A stretch of DNA of 63,914 nucleotides, filler included, from Fonticula-like sp. SCN 57-25 (Eukaryota): the NCBI GenBank assembly GCA_001724245.1. It is 9 parts of 9 records of this genome, joined end to end, with 100 filler letters (N's around TTAATTAATTAA, not from the genome) between each part and the next. Parts side by side here need not be neighbours in the genome. Positions count along the whole stretch, not along the records: positions 21,342 to 27,899 come from MEDX01000701.1; positions 28,000 to 34,515 come from MEDX01000702.1; 7 more parts are not named here. The stretch is one strand, 5' to 3'. This document shows positions 21,771 through 31,793 of the stretch, piece after piece. The notes under the pieces are model-generated. The model saw nothing but the letters and a program-made list of their open reading frames with translations. It did no database searches and had not been told where the DNA came from. The position numbers and the translations under genes are program-made. The first letter of the stretch is position 1, and each line of letters begins with the position of its first letter.

Positions 21771-24047
21771 ATGTCAGACTCAGATGATCTCTCTGACTAT
21801 TCAGACGAAGAGGGCAGCATTTTATCGGTTCTGCCAGCAGCTGAGGATGAACTCGATCGGCAAATTATTGATTTTAACCGGAATGAGGACGACGATGATT
21901 CATCGAGCCCCAATGGTTCCTCGGCGGACGACAATGACCAGAACCATTCTGATGTCGAAGACGATGAATTGCCCCCGCCCCCACCGGACCTTACACCCAG
22001 CGATTTAGAGCGTTTTTATAACGGTTCACTCGTCTGCCTTCGTGTTCATTCGGGTCCGCTGATATCTGAACACCGGGATCTTGACCCACTTATGGATACT
22101 GCGTTTGCGGCCGTGCCGGACCTCCTGGCGGAGCTGCGTGGAAATGCGGGATACATGACGCGACTGAGAAAGCGGCACCGCGAGGTGCTTTTAAAGCCGT
22201 GCAGCTGCCTCGTTGTTTTGCTAGGTTTGGGCCCCCAATTTTTTCGCGCTGTGCACGCGACTATGCACAGCTCGAGGCGTCGGCGCGGAAAAGTTAGCAT
22301 GAGCGAGCAGAACGACATGCTCGAGAAATATGTCTTTGATGCCTACGGCAACACACTTTACCACGGTCTTTGTGCACAAGCTGTTTTTAATATCAGCAGC
22401 AACCGCCTCAAGAGACGGCGCGAATTTATAAGATTGAAGTATCTGCAACTCAACCTTGAGTATCTGTTCAAGCACTCCGTCAGAGCAACCCGGTTGCGCG
22501 ACGTCGTTGTGCCGGAGAATGTGCGGGCGTTAGAGTGGTGGGGCTCGCTGCGCGACACTGTGCTCATAGCCTTGCGCATGAACGCACGGCATGGGCTTTG
22601 CAACCAGCCGTCGAACAACGCCTACTCGAACGAGGAATGCGAAAGCTTTCTGAATTGGTGCGAGGTAAACTCCATGCCTACCGGACGGAAAGATCGATGG
22701 AACCCTACGCGTTACTTTTCATCTGTATTTGCCCGCATTGGGAGATACAAGACAGCAGAGTTGGAAGTGGACCCGCAGCGCTGGCGGTGGTCCGTTATCG
22801 CCCAATACCGTGAGTGCTGCAGAGAGCGGCATGCGGCGCAAGGGACCAATCGCCGCATTCCAAGCGAAGCAACACTGTGTAAGTGGTTGAAAGAGAAGAC
22901 CTTAGAGCGCTATAGCATCCAGCCTCATCAAAGCGACTACTGCGACACGTGCGCACGGTTTCGCGTAGAGTTGGAGCAGATGCAAGGTGTTCGCTGGGCA
23001 CACAGCAAGGTATCAGGAAATGTTACTGAACATGAGCACCAGCTGCTGGATGCGCGCAGAAGGGAGGTTCAGCGACGCTGGAACGACCACAGGGCCCAAG
23101 GAAGGGCGGAGCACGATGCATATATTGCGTCGATACAAGAGGCCGCGGTGCAGTGGACGGCGCTACAAGCTCACCCGGAGGAGGAGAGGCGAGACGGCCA
23201 TGCTGTCATCTGCGTGGACTACATGCAGGAGAGGACGCTCCCTTTTTTCGGCGACTCGCCGCAGCCGGGCGAGACCTACTACAAACAGAAGCTCACTGTT
23301 CATCTGTTTGGTCTCGTCCAGCACCACCTCAGGGGCAGCCTTGTGTATCTAAGCGACGAGCGCGCCGGTGGCGCCAAGTCGAGCGACCACATATGCTCGT
23401 ACCTTACGCACTACGTGTCCACCTTGCCGGCCTGGGTCCGAACGATCACCATATGGGGCGACAATGCGGGCACCATCAAGTCGCGCTACCTTGTCGCCTG
23501 GGCGGCCGATCTGGTTGCTCGTGCCGGCCACCTCCGCACGGTGCACCTGCGGTTTATGCTACCAGGGCATACCAAGTTCTCGCCCGACACATTATTCGCA
23601 TCTATATCGGCAACGTATCGGAAGAGCGACGTCTTGTCGATGGAGGACTTGGAGAGGGTCGTCTCGTATCACGCAACATCTACGACATTTAACTACAATG
23701 ATATTTGTCTGTATCGTGAGTATTTTGCAACGCGCTACACGGCCTTCCGCGGCATTCGACCTATCCGGTGGATCGAAGTGAGCCTGGATGACACCGCTCA
23801 AGTGCATGTGAGAACCTCAGCCACCAACACCACGGCGCCTACGAGGGAGCATCGCATCGTACGTGCCGACCCTGCCCCTTTCCAAGAGAGCCCACCAGGC
23901 TATACAACGGCTAGTGAACTTGATCCACGCAAAGTGGCTGACCTGCGCTATGTGTACTCAAAGTATGCGCCAGACAAGACACCCGCCTGGCTGGCCGGCC
24001 CCTCGCCCGTCGTACCCGAAGGCACAAGCGTACATGTGGAAGATTAG
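21771..24047 (+). CDS. DUF7869/Sola1-like DDD transposase
   Basis: DYCDTC, CVDYMQ..LP, YYKQKLTVHLFG, SDE...KSSDHICS, WGDNAG, FMLPGHTKFSPD; intact ORF with an acidic N-terminus. Confidence 0.75.
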   Translation: MSDSDDLSDYSDEEGSILSVLPAAEDELDRQIIDFNRNEDDDDSSSPNGSSADDNDQNHSDVEDDELPPPPPDLTPSDLERFYNGSLVCLRVHSGPLISEHRDLDPLMDTAFAAVPDLLAELRGNAGYMTRLRKRHREVLLKPCSCLVVLLGLGPQFFRAVHATMHSSRRRRGKVSMSEQNDMLEKYVFDAYGNTLYHGLCAQAVFNISSNRLKRRREFIRLKYLQLNLEYLFKHSVRATRLRDVVVPENVRALEWWGSLRDTVLIALRMNARHGLCNQPSNNAYSNEECESFLNWCEVNSMPTGRKDRWNPTRYFSSVFARIGRYKTAELEVDPQRWRWSVIAQYRECCRERHAAQGTNRRIPSEATLCKWLKEKTLERYSIQPHQSDYCDTCARFRVELEQMQGVRWAHSKVSGNVTEHEHQLLDARRREVQRRWNDHRAQGRAEHDAYIASIQEAAVQWTALQAHPEEERRDGHAVICVDYMQERTLPFFGDSPQPGETYYKQKLTVHLFGLVQHHLRGSLVYLSDERAGGAKSSDHICSYLTHYVSTLPAWVRTITIWGDNAGTIKSRYLVAWAADLVARAGHLRTVHLRFMLPGHTKFSPDTLFASISATYRKSDVLSMEDLERVVSYHATSTTFNYNDICLYREYFATRYTAFRGIRPIRWIEVSLDDTAQVHVRTSATNTTAPTREHRIVRADPAPFQESPPGYTTASELDPRKVADLRYVYSKYAPDKTPAWLAGPSPVVPEGTSVHVED

Positions 24048-24491
24048 GTAGTTAGCGTTAGCAGTGTAGGGAGCAGACTGAGAATAGACTAGGTATTGTA
24101 GGTAGTTTGATGTGGCGGTTAATAGTAGTTGCTTGTTAATTAGTTCACAGAGCACAAAAAGCCGCGCGATTCACTAGAATGATACGATTATGATACACGC
24201 GATACCAATAAATGAAGTGAACGCTATCGAGCGCAGTCAAGCGACCGCATTGGACTCCTTTTAGAGAGCAGAAAATTGTGAAAAGCAGGACATGTATTAA
24301 AAAAATACGTCTACTCAATGTTCAAACGCAACACTAGACCATAACAAACATATGGCATACCAGGTAAAAGTACTACCAAAATTTTACCCGCGTAAATTGC
24401 GCTTCAATAGGGACACCGCTTGGCTAACGGAGACGTCGCTGGGCGGTGCGGTCAACCGAACCCGAATGAGGACATAGCCAGGGTTGCCGAC

Positions 24492-24895
24492 CTAACCGAG
24501 GGGTGAGCGAAATGATGAAAGAGGACGTGAACGCACGACTGAGAATGACACACAGCACGACACTTGAACATCCTCGCGAATTAGAACAGGCTGCAATACC
24601 TTCGCAGCATCGCGAGCTACCCAGCCAAGAAACTGCCCCACTCCGTCAGAAGGCCGCTCAAAAATTTTGATGGCTACACGCTTGTCAGAAGCCATGACAT
24701 GAACAGAAGAGAAATGCGCGCACCGTTAGGATCAGTCGCGTGAGGCTCTGCCTTCAAAATAACGTTTCCGTCCAACAGAAGATGCGAGGGAACGTGAGTA
24801 AGAAAAAGTCGAAGGCTACTACGACTCCAGCGGGGGTTGTAGCTCATCCCCACGCAACGAACCTCGCAAGAGAGCGCGCTCTTCATGGGCGGCAT
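24492..24895 (-). CDS. Small HIRAN-domain protein (spliced; 3' end approximate)
   Basis: VGMSY...LKAEPHATDPN|AIKIF...LGWVARDAAKVLQPVL after removing a ~50-nt GT-AG intron (~24674-24723). Confidence 0.65.
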
Positions 24896-25765
24896 CGCTT
24901 CTCAACCGCCAAGGGGAAAGGAAACACGATGTGGGTCGTTGGGCCGTAGAGACCATAATTTTGCGCGCGCTTTGCGGTCGGGAGCCGCCGGAAGGAGCGT
25001 TCTTGCGTTTTAACCTGCGGCGGCTGTTGAGCGAGGAAGAGGTTCTTGCGTTTTAACGTGCGGAGGATTTCTATTGGACAACAAGATTTTGGTGGTTTTC
25101 GTCTCAACGTCGGTTTTTGCAACTTTTTTGTTTTTGGTCGTTTGCGAAAATGCTCACGTTTGGATCGTAATCACTTTTAACCTGAGGCACCCCCATACAG
25201 TACTATATCATATGATATCATATGATACCGGTATTTTGTGTGGGTGGTCTACTGTACTGGGCTCCCCGAGTGCAGAATACAGTACACATTTTTTCAAACC
25301 CCAGCCGCGCGTACAACCCTACAAGCCTCCGCTTGGGCCCGAGGGTTGTTTGTGACACCGACCGCACACACAAGAGTTACGGGACACGAACCATACTGTA
25401 GGACAGTTGTTTGTGCGAACTAGTCTGCCCTGATGGCATCATACAGTACAGTATCATACCGGTATCATACGATACCAGAATGATATTATGCGTATCAGAA
25501 CATACGATAATTATGATATTCCGAACTGTATTATACTCGCATTGAACCGTCGTCAGGCCGCTGTCAGGCGGTCATCCAACGTGGAACATGAGTTTCCTTT
25601 TCGGTGGAAAAAACGTGCCTCCCATCCAATAATACATGTAAGGATATGGTGAAAATATCAAAGCGGGGTAGGTGACGCTCTGCCTTTTTTGGCAAGTTCG
25701 TGGTGTTCCTTGGTTACCGGGTTCGGGTTCCACTTTTTTCTCCCTCGTTTTACCTGGAGCGAATC

Positions 25766-26815
25766 ATGCCGCCAAAACGTTCTCGTGATGATGATGGATC
25801 AGCCTCCAATTCAGAGCTGTCAGACAACGGAGCATCGCCCGATAAACGTCTTCGCACCGACAATGAAGGACAAACAAGTGAGGCAGGTTCTTCAAAGCCG
25901 GAAACAAGCGCCTCTCAGTCTCAGTTCGAAACTCCCCTTCCCCTTCGAACAGGCACACCACCTGGCAATGCCGGGGCTGAAGCGGCCACGACACCAAATG
26001 AATCCCATGGCGCAATTAAGATACAACAACTCCGACAAGGAATGCAGGCAATCAGGCAAGCAGCCAAGAGCCCGAGCTTCAAACAGAACGCAGTGTAACG
26101 AGGAGGCCACGTTATGCTCAAAGGAGACCTAACCGCTTCCCCCCATGGACTTTCTAGCGATGATTGTAATACCCAAGTGACCTTTCGGAAGACCCTGCTT
26201 GATAGAGTGACCGCTACCTTCGACGAATTGCAGTATGTCCACAAGCAGAAATCACCGACGACCAAAGTTCAAGATAAACAGCCGCGCAAGCGTGCTCGTA
26301 TTGCGCCCCAAGATCAAGTTGCGCAACCGGTGGTCTTCGAGCATGATAAAACGTTTTGCGAGTCGCTCAATACCAGATATCCTGCAACTGGTATTGCACT
26401 CAAAAAAGAAGAAATTTTTTATGCTTCTGTGGAGGAGTCAGAGAAGTATTCTAAGGATGACGCAGGTATAAAGTATCCTCACTTTCATGTAATCGCGACG
26501 ACGCTTTGCGACAACCGCTCGAAGGCTTCGCAGGAATTACCTTCAAAAAGTCAACAGTGTTGCCACTTGGACTTCGTATGGTCGCACAAGCACGAGGACG
26601 ACGGTCCCAGAGGCCACGTTGCTTTTACATTCTCCGAGTGTGACACCAATTTCAAACTGCGCACGCAATCTAAACTTCCTTTTGAGGGCTGCCGAATGTG
26701 CAAGAACGGTTTTAAAGGTGCGAGTGATAATGAGAACGACGTGATAAAGCATTTGGAGACGCTAGGGTTTCCTCGCGACGATATTTTCGAGTTTTTGGTT
26801 AACGAACTGATGTGA
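25766..26815 (+). CDS. Hypothetical nuclear protein (two ORFs, joined by an intron or interrupted)
   Basis: MPPKRSR NLS-like start, RKRAR, Cys/His cluster (CCHLDF, CRMC); break near 26095-26125. Confidence 0.45.
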
Positions 26816-26950
26816 CACTGGGGAAAAGCAGTTAGGACAGGCACATATGATCCGGTATATAGAGGACCGAGTCCTGTACTTTTCCTTGTAAATATATTAT
26901 GGCATGACAATCGTTCGAATACAGACCTGCTCCCCACTTAGCTCATCACG

Positions 26951-27899
26951 TCATGCCGAAGAATGAACGGCAGGCTCGACACAATTTTTCCGGTAAACCA
27001 AACACTTTTCAAAACACTTTTCATCGTACACAATGTGCAACATATGATCATCATAGTTGAGCACCGCTTCATCCGGCACTTTTGTCGTAAAATTCAAAAC
27101 AACACATTGGTCAAGCGACAAGTAAGAGTACTGGCCACCTTGATAAAATCGGCCATAGCTCTCAATATACTTGTTGGTTTCCCACAATAGCTTGATTCCC
27201 CACTTGACATCTCCATTTAGATAGAAATCAAGGAAATCATGCTGCATCTCATAATGCCGCCCAACACTCGGAATCATCCATGAACAAGTTGGAGCAAGTA
27301 CCTTCATGACCGCAGAATAAAAGTACTGCCGCATCGATTCAAGAGACTTGCCGTTGGATGAGTCACCAAGCGATGCGAAAAGTGCTCTTCCGTCAATCTG
27401 CTCCAACACCTTGTAGACAAAGGTCTCGATTGAAAAGTGACTATTGCGCGGAACAAATGTGCCCGACAGCACATTCCGCAGCATCGCATCATGGTGAAGA
27501 ACAGTCGCAAACTTGACAGTTCCCATCATTAAATCTTGCGTGAAAAGACCAATATGCATGAGCGATTCCGGGCAACGGTAATTTCCAATAGGCACGCAAA
27601 GCGTCTCAGTGTCTCGCGCAGTAATTGCCCAAGCAAGAAAATGTCTCTCGACGTCGTTTAAAGAATACTCTACAATCCAACGAAGCGAGCGCATGGTCGA
27701 CAGATAGTTGAGCAATGCCGATGACTGCAGAAACGCAAGCTGCTCGGGCTCGTTTGCGAGTTTTTCTTGAACAAGAGCATCAATGGTGCGACGAAGCAGC
27801 CCGGCGTGGCCACTTGTCAAGCGGAAAAGCTCGGCTCGCACTTGCTTAGACACAGATACTTGAAGAGATGCCAGCAGCAATGACACTTGCTCTTTAGAC
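26951..27899 (-). CDS. Crinkler (CRN)-like NTPase/restriction-endonuclease C-terminal region, 5' truncated
   Basis: LTSGHAGL, FLDFYLNGDVKWGIKLL, RFYQGGQYSYL resemble CRN REase domains. Confidence 0.7.
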
Positions 27900-28497
27900 N
27901 NNNNNNNNNNNNNNNNNNNNNNNNNNNNNNNNNNNNNNNNNNNTTAATTAATTAANNNNNNNNNNNNNNNNNNNNNNNNNNNNNNNNNNNNNNNNNNNNA
28001 TCATGTGCTAGGTCTATCATTATCCATCCCCACATCGTGTGGGAGCTCAAGGTTCCGTACTTGTCTGGTGCTTGGGCAGACCAACAAGCATTCCTCTCGT
28101 CTTCTATCTTCAATTTGCAATAAACTAACTCGTCTGTTGGCAATACTGCTGGATTAAGAGTGGTCTCTTCCTCCAAATTGCCTTTGCTTTGCTGTGGCTG
28201 TGAGCGTTGAGGGTCTCCTGAGGTGGAACCTGTCATCTGGAACCTGTATTTTGGATGCCAAAAATGTTGTAGTTTGTTGGACAAGAGTAAAGCTTGTTTG
28301 GCAAACCAAACGGCGAATGAGTACAATCACGAAGGTTGTTCTCAACGAGTAGGTCGTTGCCCGTACTCACTTCGCCTTATATTTATTCCAGGTTGACTGT
28401 ACATCGCGCTTACGACAAGCGCGATGCCTACATCATGAGTCAGTAGCGCTACGGCAAGTACTGGAGTACTTGCACGTATCTACGACACTGTGTCGCT

Positions 28498-29469
28498 ATG
28501 TTCACAAAACCCAAGAATGCTGTTTACGCGGCACTGGAACTGGACCGTTCAATTACTGGATTTTGCAGGGGTAACCCATCTCTTCCCGTGTTTTCCTTGA
28601 CTATCGGTGTGCACAGCGATAAGGCAGTAGTGGTTGGGACAGTCGGTGAGACACAGCGCATGGAAGCGGCTATCCTATCAGATACAAATCGTTTCGCTTC
28701 AGACATCATGAAAATGTGTAGCAAGTTGAAAGCCAAGATCCTCATCTCTGAGAGCTGTTTGCACAAAGTAAGGAAAACATGGATTCAAATGCAAAGTCGG
28801 TACATGGGGAAGTACGCCATTTCTGCAGAACAACAGTATACCGAATCAATACTCTATGAAGTATTTGAAGAGAGCGATCCTCGTGCAAAACATGTAATTT
28901 CGTTCAATGAGGCCATGAAATTGGCAGAACAGGGTGAGGTGGAGGGGGCAATCAAAACGTTCCAAAAGATTCTTGCCGATGACAGGAGTGACGCTGCGAC
29001 AGAACAGCAATTGCAAATGTGCACTGCACTAATCGAACATTACAGCAAGGAAATTAAGGAATTGACGCTTCTGGATATTCTTGCCAATCACACATATAGG
29101 GAAGCATTTGAGAAGCATTTGATCTATGAAATGTCCAACGAGAATATGATTCTCTGGAAAACTGTGCAACAAGTGGTGCAAATTGAAGATCCAGAGTTGA
29201 TGCGCCAAAGGGCTTTGGCGATATTCACAGAATTTTTGGACGTAAATGCAAAGTACCAGCTGAATTTGAATCAGGACACAGTTTTTGCGTTCAAGGAGGA
29301 AGTGATGAACGATTCCAAGCCTTTTGACAGGAAAATCTTGCAATGTCTGCAAGTGCAAACTGAATTCATCATGATGGACAGTTTCAATAGATTCAAGAGA
29401 ACTCCACAATTGAAGCAGTTGCTGACCTCACTGAAGAAGGAGCAGCAACAACAACAGCACTTTGACTAA
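28498..29469 (+). CDS. Class III nucleotide cyclase-like domain plus TPR-like helices and RGS domain (N-terminus missing)
   Basis: IGVHS..VVGTVGETQRME..ILSD; RGS motifs FEKHL..EMSNENMILW, IFTEFL...QLNL, DSFNRF. Confidence 0.78.
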   Translation: MFTKPKNAVYAALELDRSITGFCRGNPSLPVFSLTIGVHSDKAVVVGTVGETQRMEAAILSDTNRFASDIMKMCSKLKAKILISESCLHKVRKTWIQMQSRYMGKYAISAEQQYTESILYEVFEESDPRAKHVISFNEAMKLAEQGEVEGAIKTFQKILADDRSDAATEQQLQMCTALIEHYSKEIKELTLLDILANHTYREAFEKHLIYEMSNENMILWKTVQQVVQIEDPELMRQRALAIFTEFLDVNAKYQLNLNQDTVFAFKEEVMNDSKPFDRKILQCLQVQTEFIMMDSFNRFKRTPQLKQLLTSLKKEQQQQQHFD

Positions 29470-29651
29470 GAGGGGGTGTATTTCTTCAGTGTACTGTAAA
29501 AATTTTCAACAATATCAAACCACAAATACTCGTCACATAATAAAGTCTTGGTATTTGATGAATAAACAACCATTTTGGTAATCACAATTGTCAAGTACTC
29601 CCAAACTGGAGTAATTGTAAAGTTAACTCAACTGAAAAAGTAAAAAACAGA

Positions 29652-31150
29652 ATGTTGCACTCACACTGTACAAACACCCTAATCATCACACTAATCGCAC
29701 TTGCACTTGCAACCGTCACCGCACAAATCTCAAACAACTCCCGACTACTGCTTGTCGGCGGGAATCTGCAGAGCACCAATCTGTACCGCAGATTCATCGA
29801 GATGAACGAGGCACCCGAGGGCCAGAAGTTCATCGGGCTGATCACCGCGGCATCCGACAGTCCGCAGGAGAGCGCGCAGTTCTACCAAGATCAGTTCGCC
29901 TCCCTGGGCGTTAACCACAGCTCGTGGATTCCAATCGACGAAGCGCACATTTCCAACAACGCCAACAAATCGGTGCTCAGCGCGATTGCGCGCATGACCG
30001 GCATCTTCGTGGGCGGCGGCGACCAGCGAAGACTCGTCCGCTGCTTCTGCGTCACGACCAGCGCTGCGCTGCGCATGGACTCGCCGGCGCTTGCGCTCAT
30101 CCGCGCGCGATTCCGCAGTGGCGAACTTGCGATTGCGGGGACAAGCGCGGGAACGGCGATTATGCAGGGCGACGGAATGGTGACTGGTGGAGAGGCGTAT
30201 GAGGCGCTAGTGGGTGGTGCGTTCCCGTATGTGGACGAGCGGAAGCCAGATAATCTGTCGTTTGATCCACTTGGTGGGTTCAACTTGTTTGATTTTGGTC
30301 TCCTAGATAGTGTACGTCAATCTTGTGTGTGTATGAATGTGAGTGAATGTGCATGTGTGTGTAAGTCAATCTTGTGAATGTGAATATGTGTGAGAATGTG
30401 TGTGAGTGTGTGAGTGTGAGTGAATATGAGTGAATGTGAAAATGCATGTGCGAGTGAACGTGCGTGTGTCAATCTTACAATGTGCAGCATTTTAGTGAGC
30501 GAGGTAGACAAGGACGCATGATGCGTCTTGGTACTTGGCCCTCCGCTGCCAAGAGACACAAACTCATATTTGGGGTCGATGAAAACAGCGCACTTGTGGT
30601 TCTCGGGTCACAAGGAAAGAATAACATGGACAAATCCACGGTGATGCGTGTGGAAGGTGAAGGAGGTGTCACTATTCTTGACTTCACAGGTGCAACTGTG
30701 AGCAATAGTAGCAACAGCTGTAGACGTGGTGATTGTGATGATAGCAATAGTTTCTCTAATGGATTTGTATCCATCTCCAATGTGAGCCTCTCGTACTTGA
30801 CAGAAGGGGATGAGTACTCGCAAGGTCAGTTCAGAATTGCTCTCTGGAAAACATCGCTACAAGGGCGTGAGGAGCATGAAAGAGCACTCACAAGCTATGA
30901 CATCTTCAGCAGTGCAACTGGAACACAGTTCACTAATCGTCGTGACCATCCGCGTGAATTTGTCAGAATAGCCTGTTACTTCTTCCACAGCAAGAGCTAC
31001 ACAACGGAAGGGTTTACCAAGGAGCAACATCCCACATTCAAAGTAGTATTGAGCAAGGTGAATGGATCAGCAGGATTTGAAGGTGTAAATACCGATGGCC
31101 AGAGTTTCACATCGTTCATTAATATGCGTGTAGATATCACTCCTTTATAA
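29652..31150 (+). CDS. Secreted cyanophycinase-like peptidase S51 (intron 30312-30487)
   Basis: Signal peptide; GIFVGGGDQRRL, AGTSAG, LLDS|HFSERGRQGR, GVDENSAL (Ser-His-Glu triad). Confidence 0.85.
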
Positions 31151-31793
31151 AACTGAATGTGATAGATTCGTTTCATTTAATGGATTAAGTTTTAGTGTTG
31201 CAATATCTGTTAGACTTTCAAGTAACCTGAGTAGAAAATGGGTGCGACATCTATGTTTTGTGATATTTTGAAACAACGAGAAGATGAAAGACAGGTTTCT
31301 AAAAACGTACCACAGCTTCCCGCAAATAGAAACCTGCTAATCAGACATCGTCATGGTTGACAGTTGGCGCACAATCCAAGCAGCAACAAAAAACAATGCG
31401 CAAAGAGAGTGTGATCCTGCTCTTCCTGTAAGTGGGAACTGTAGAAAAAAAGAGTAAGTATGCTTGACAAAACTGCGGGACAGTAGAGCACTAACTGTGC
31501 TCAACTGGTACCCTTTTTATTTGTCTGCTGCTAAACCTAGTATGCAGAAACTTATGCATACTTACACTCTGCGGTGCATTTAGCCTTGACTGTGCACCAA
31601 TGAGTGTTTCCCTTGAGTTCCCCTGGCGAGAACTCCATATCTCACTAATTCCTTCCACACTCCCCAGGCGAGAAGATTGAAGCATTACTTCAATTATCTC
31701 CTGTCCACCTGCAATGAGTTAGTAGGTACATACTCCTCAACTGAAATTTCAGTTGACTATCCTGCGGTTACACCACACTTTTTGAGGATATTG

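Noticed and set aside
21342..24450. TIRs around the Sola1-like transposase
   Set aside because: No convincing inverted match found by eye.
14543..27899. Polinton, Sola-like transposase and Crinkler as one composite element
   Set aside because: A spacer at 21242-21341 separates them; adjacency is an artefact of concatenation.
30320..30470. TG-rich repeat and ORFs within it
   Set aside because: Low-complexity filler inside the cyanophycinase intron.
31150..31793. 3' LTR and polypurine tract of the Gypsy element
   Set aside because: Cannot be delimited without the 5' LTR, which lies beyond the contig end.
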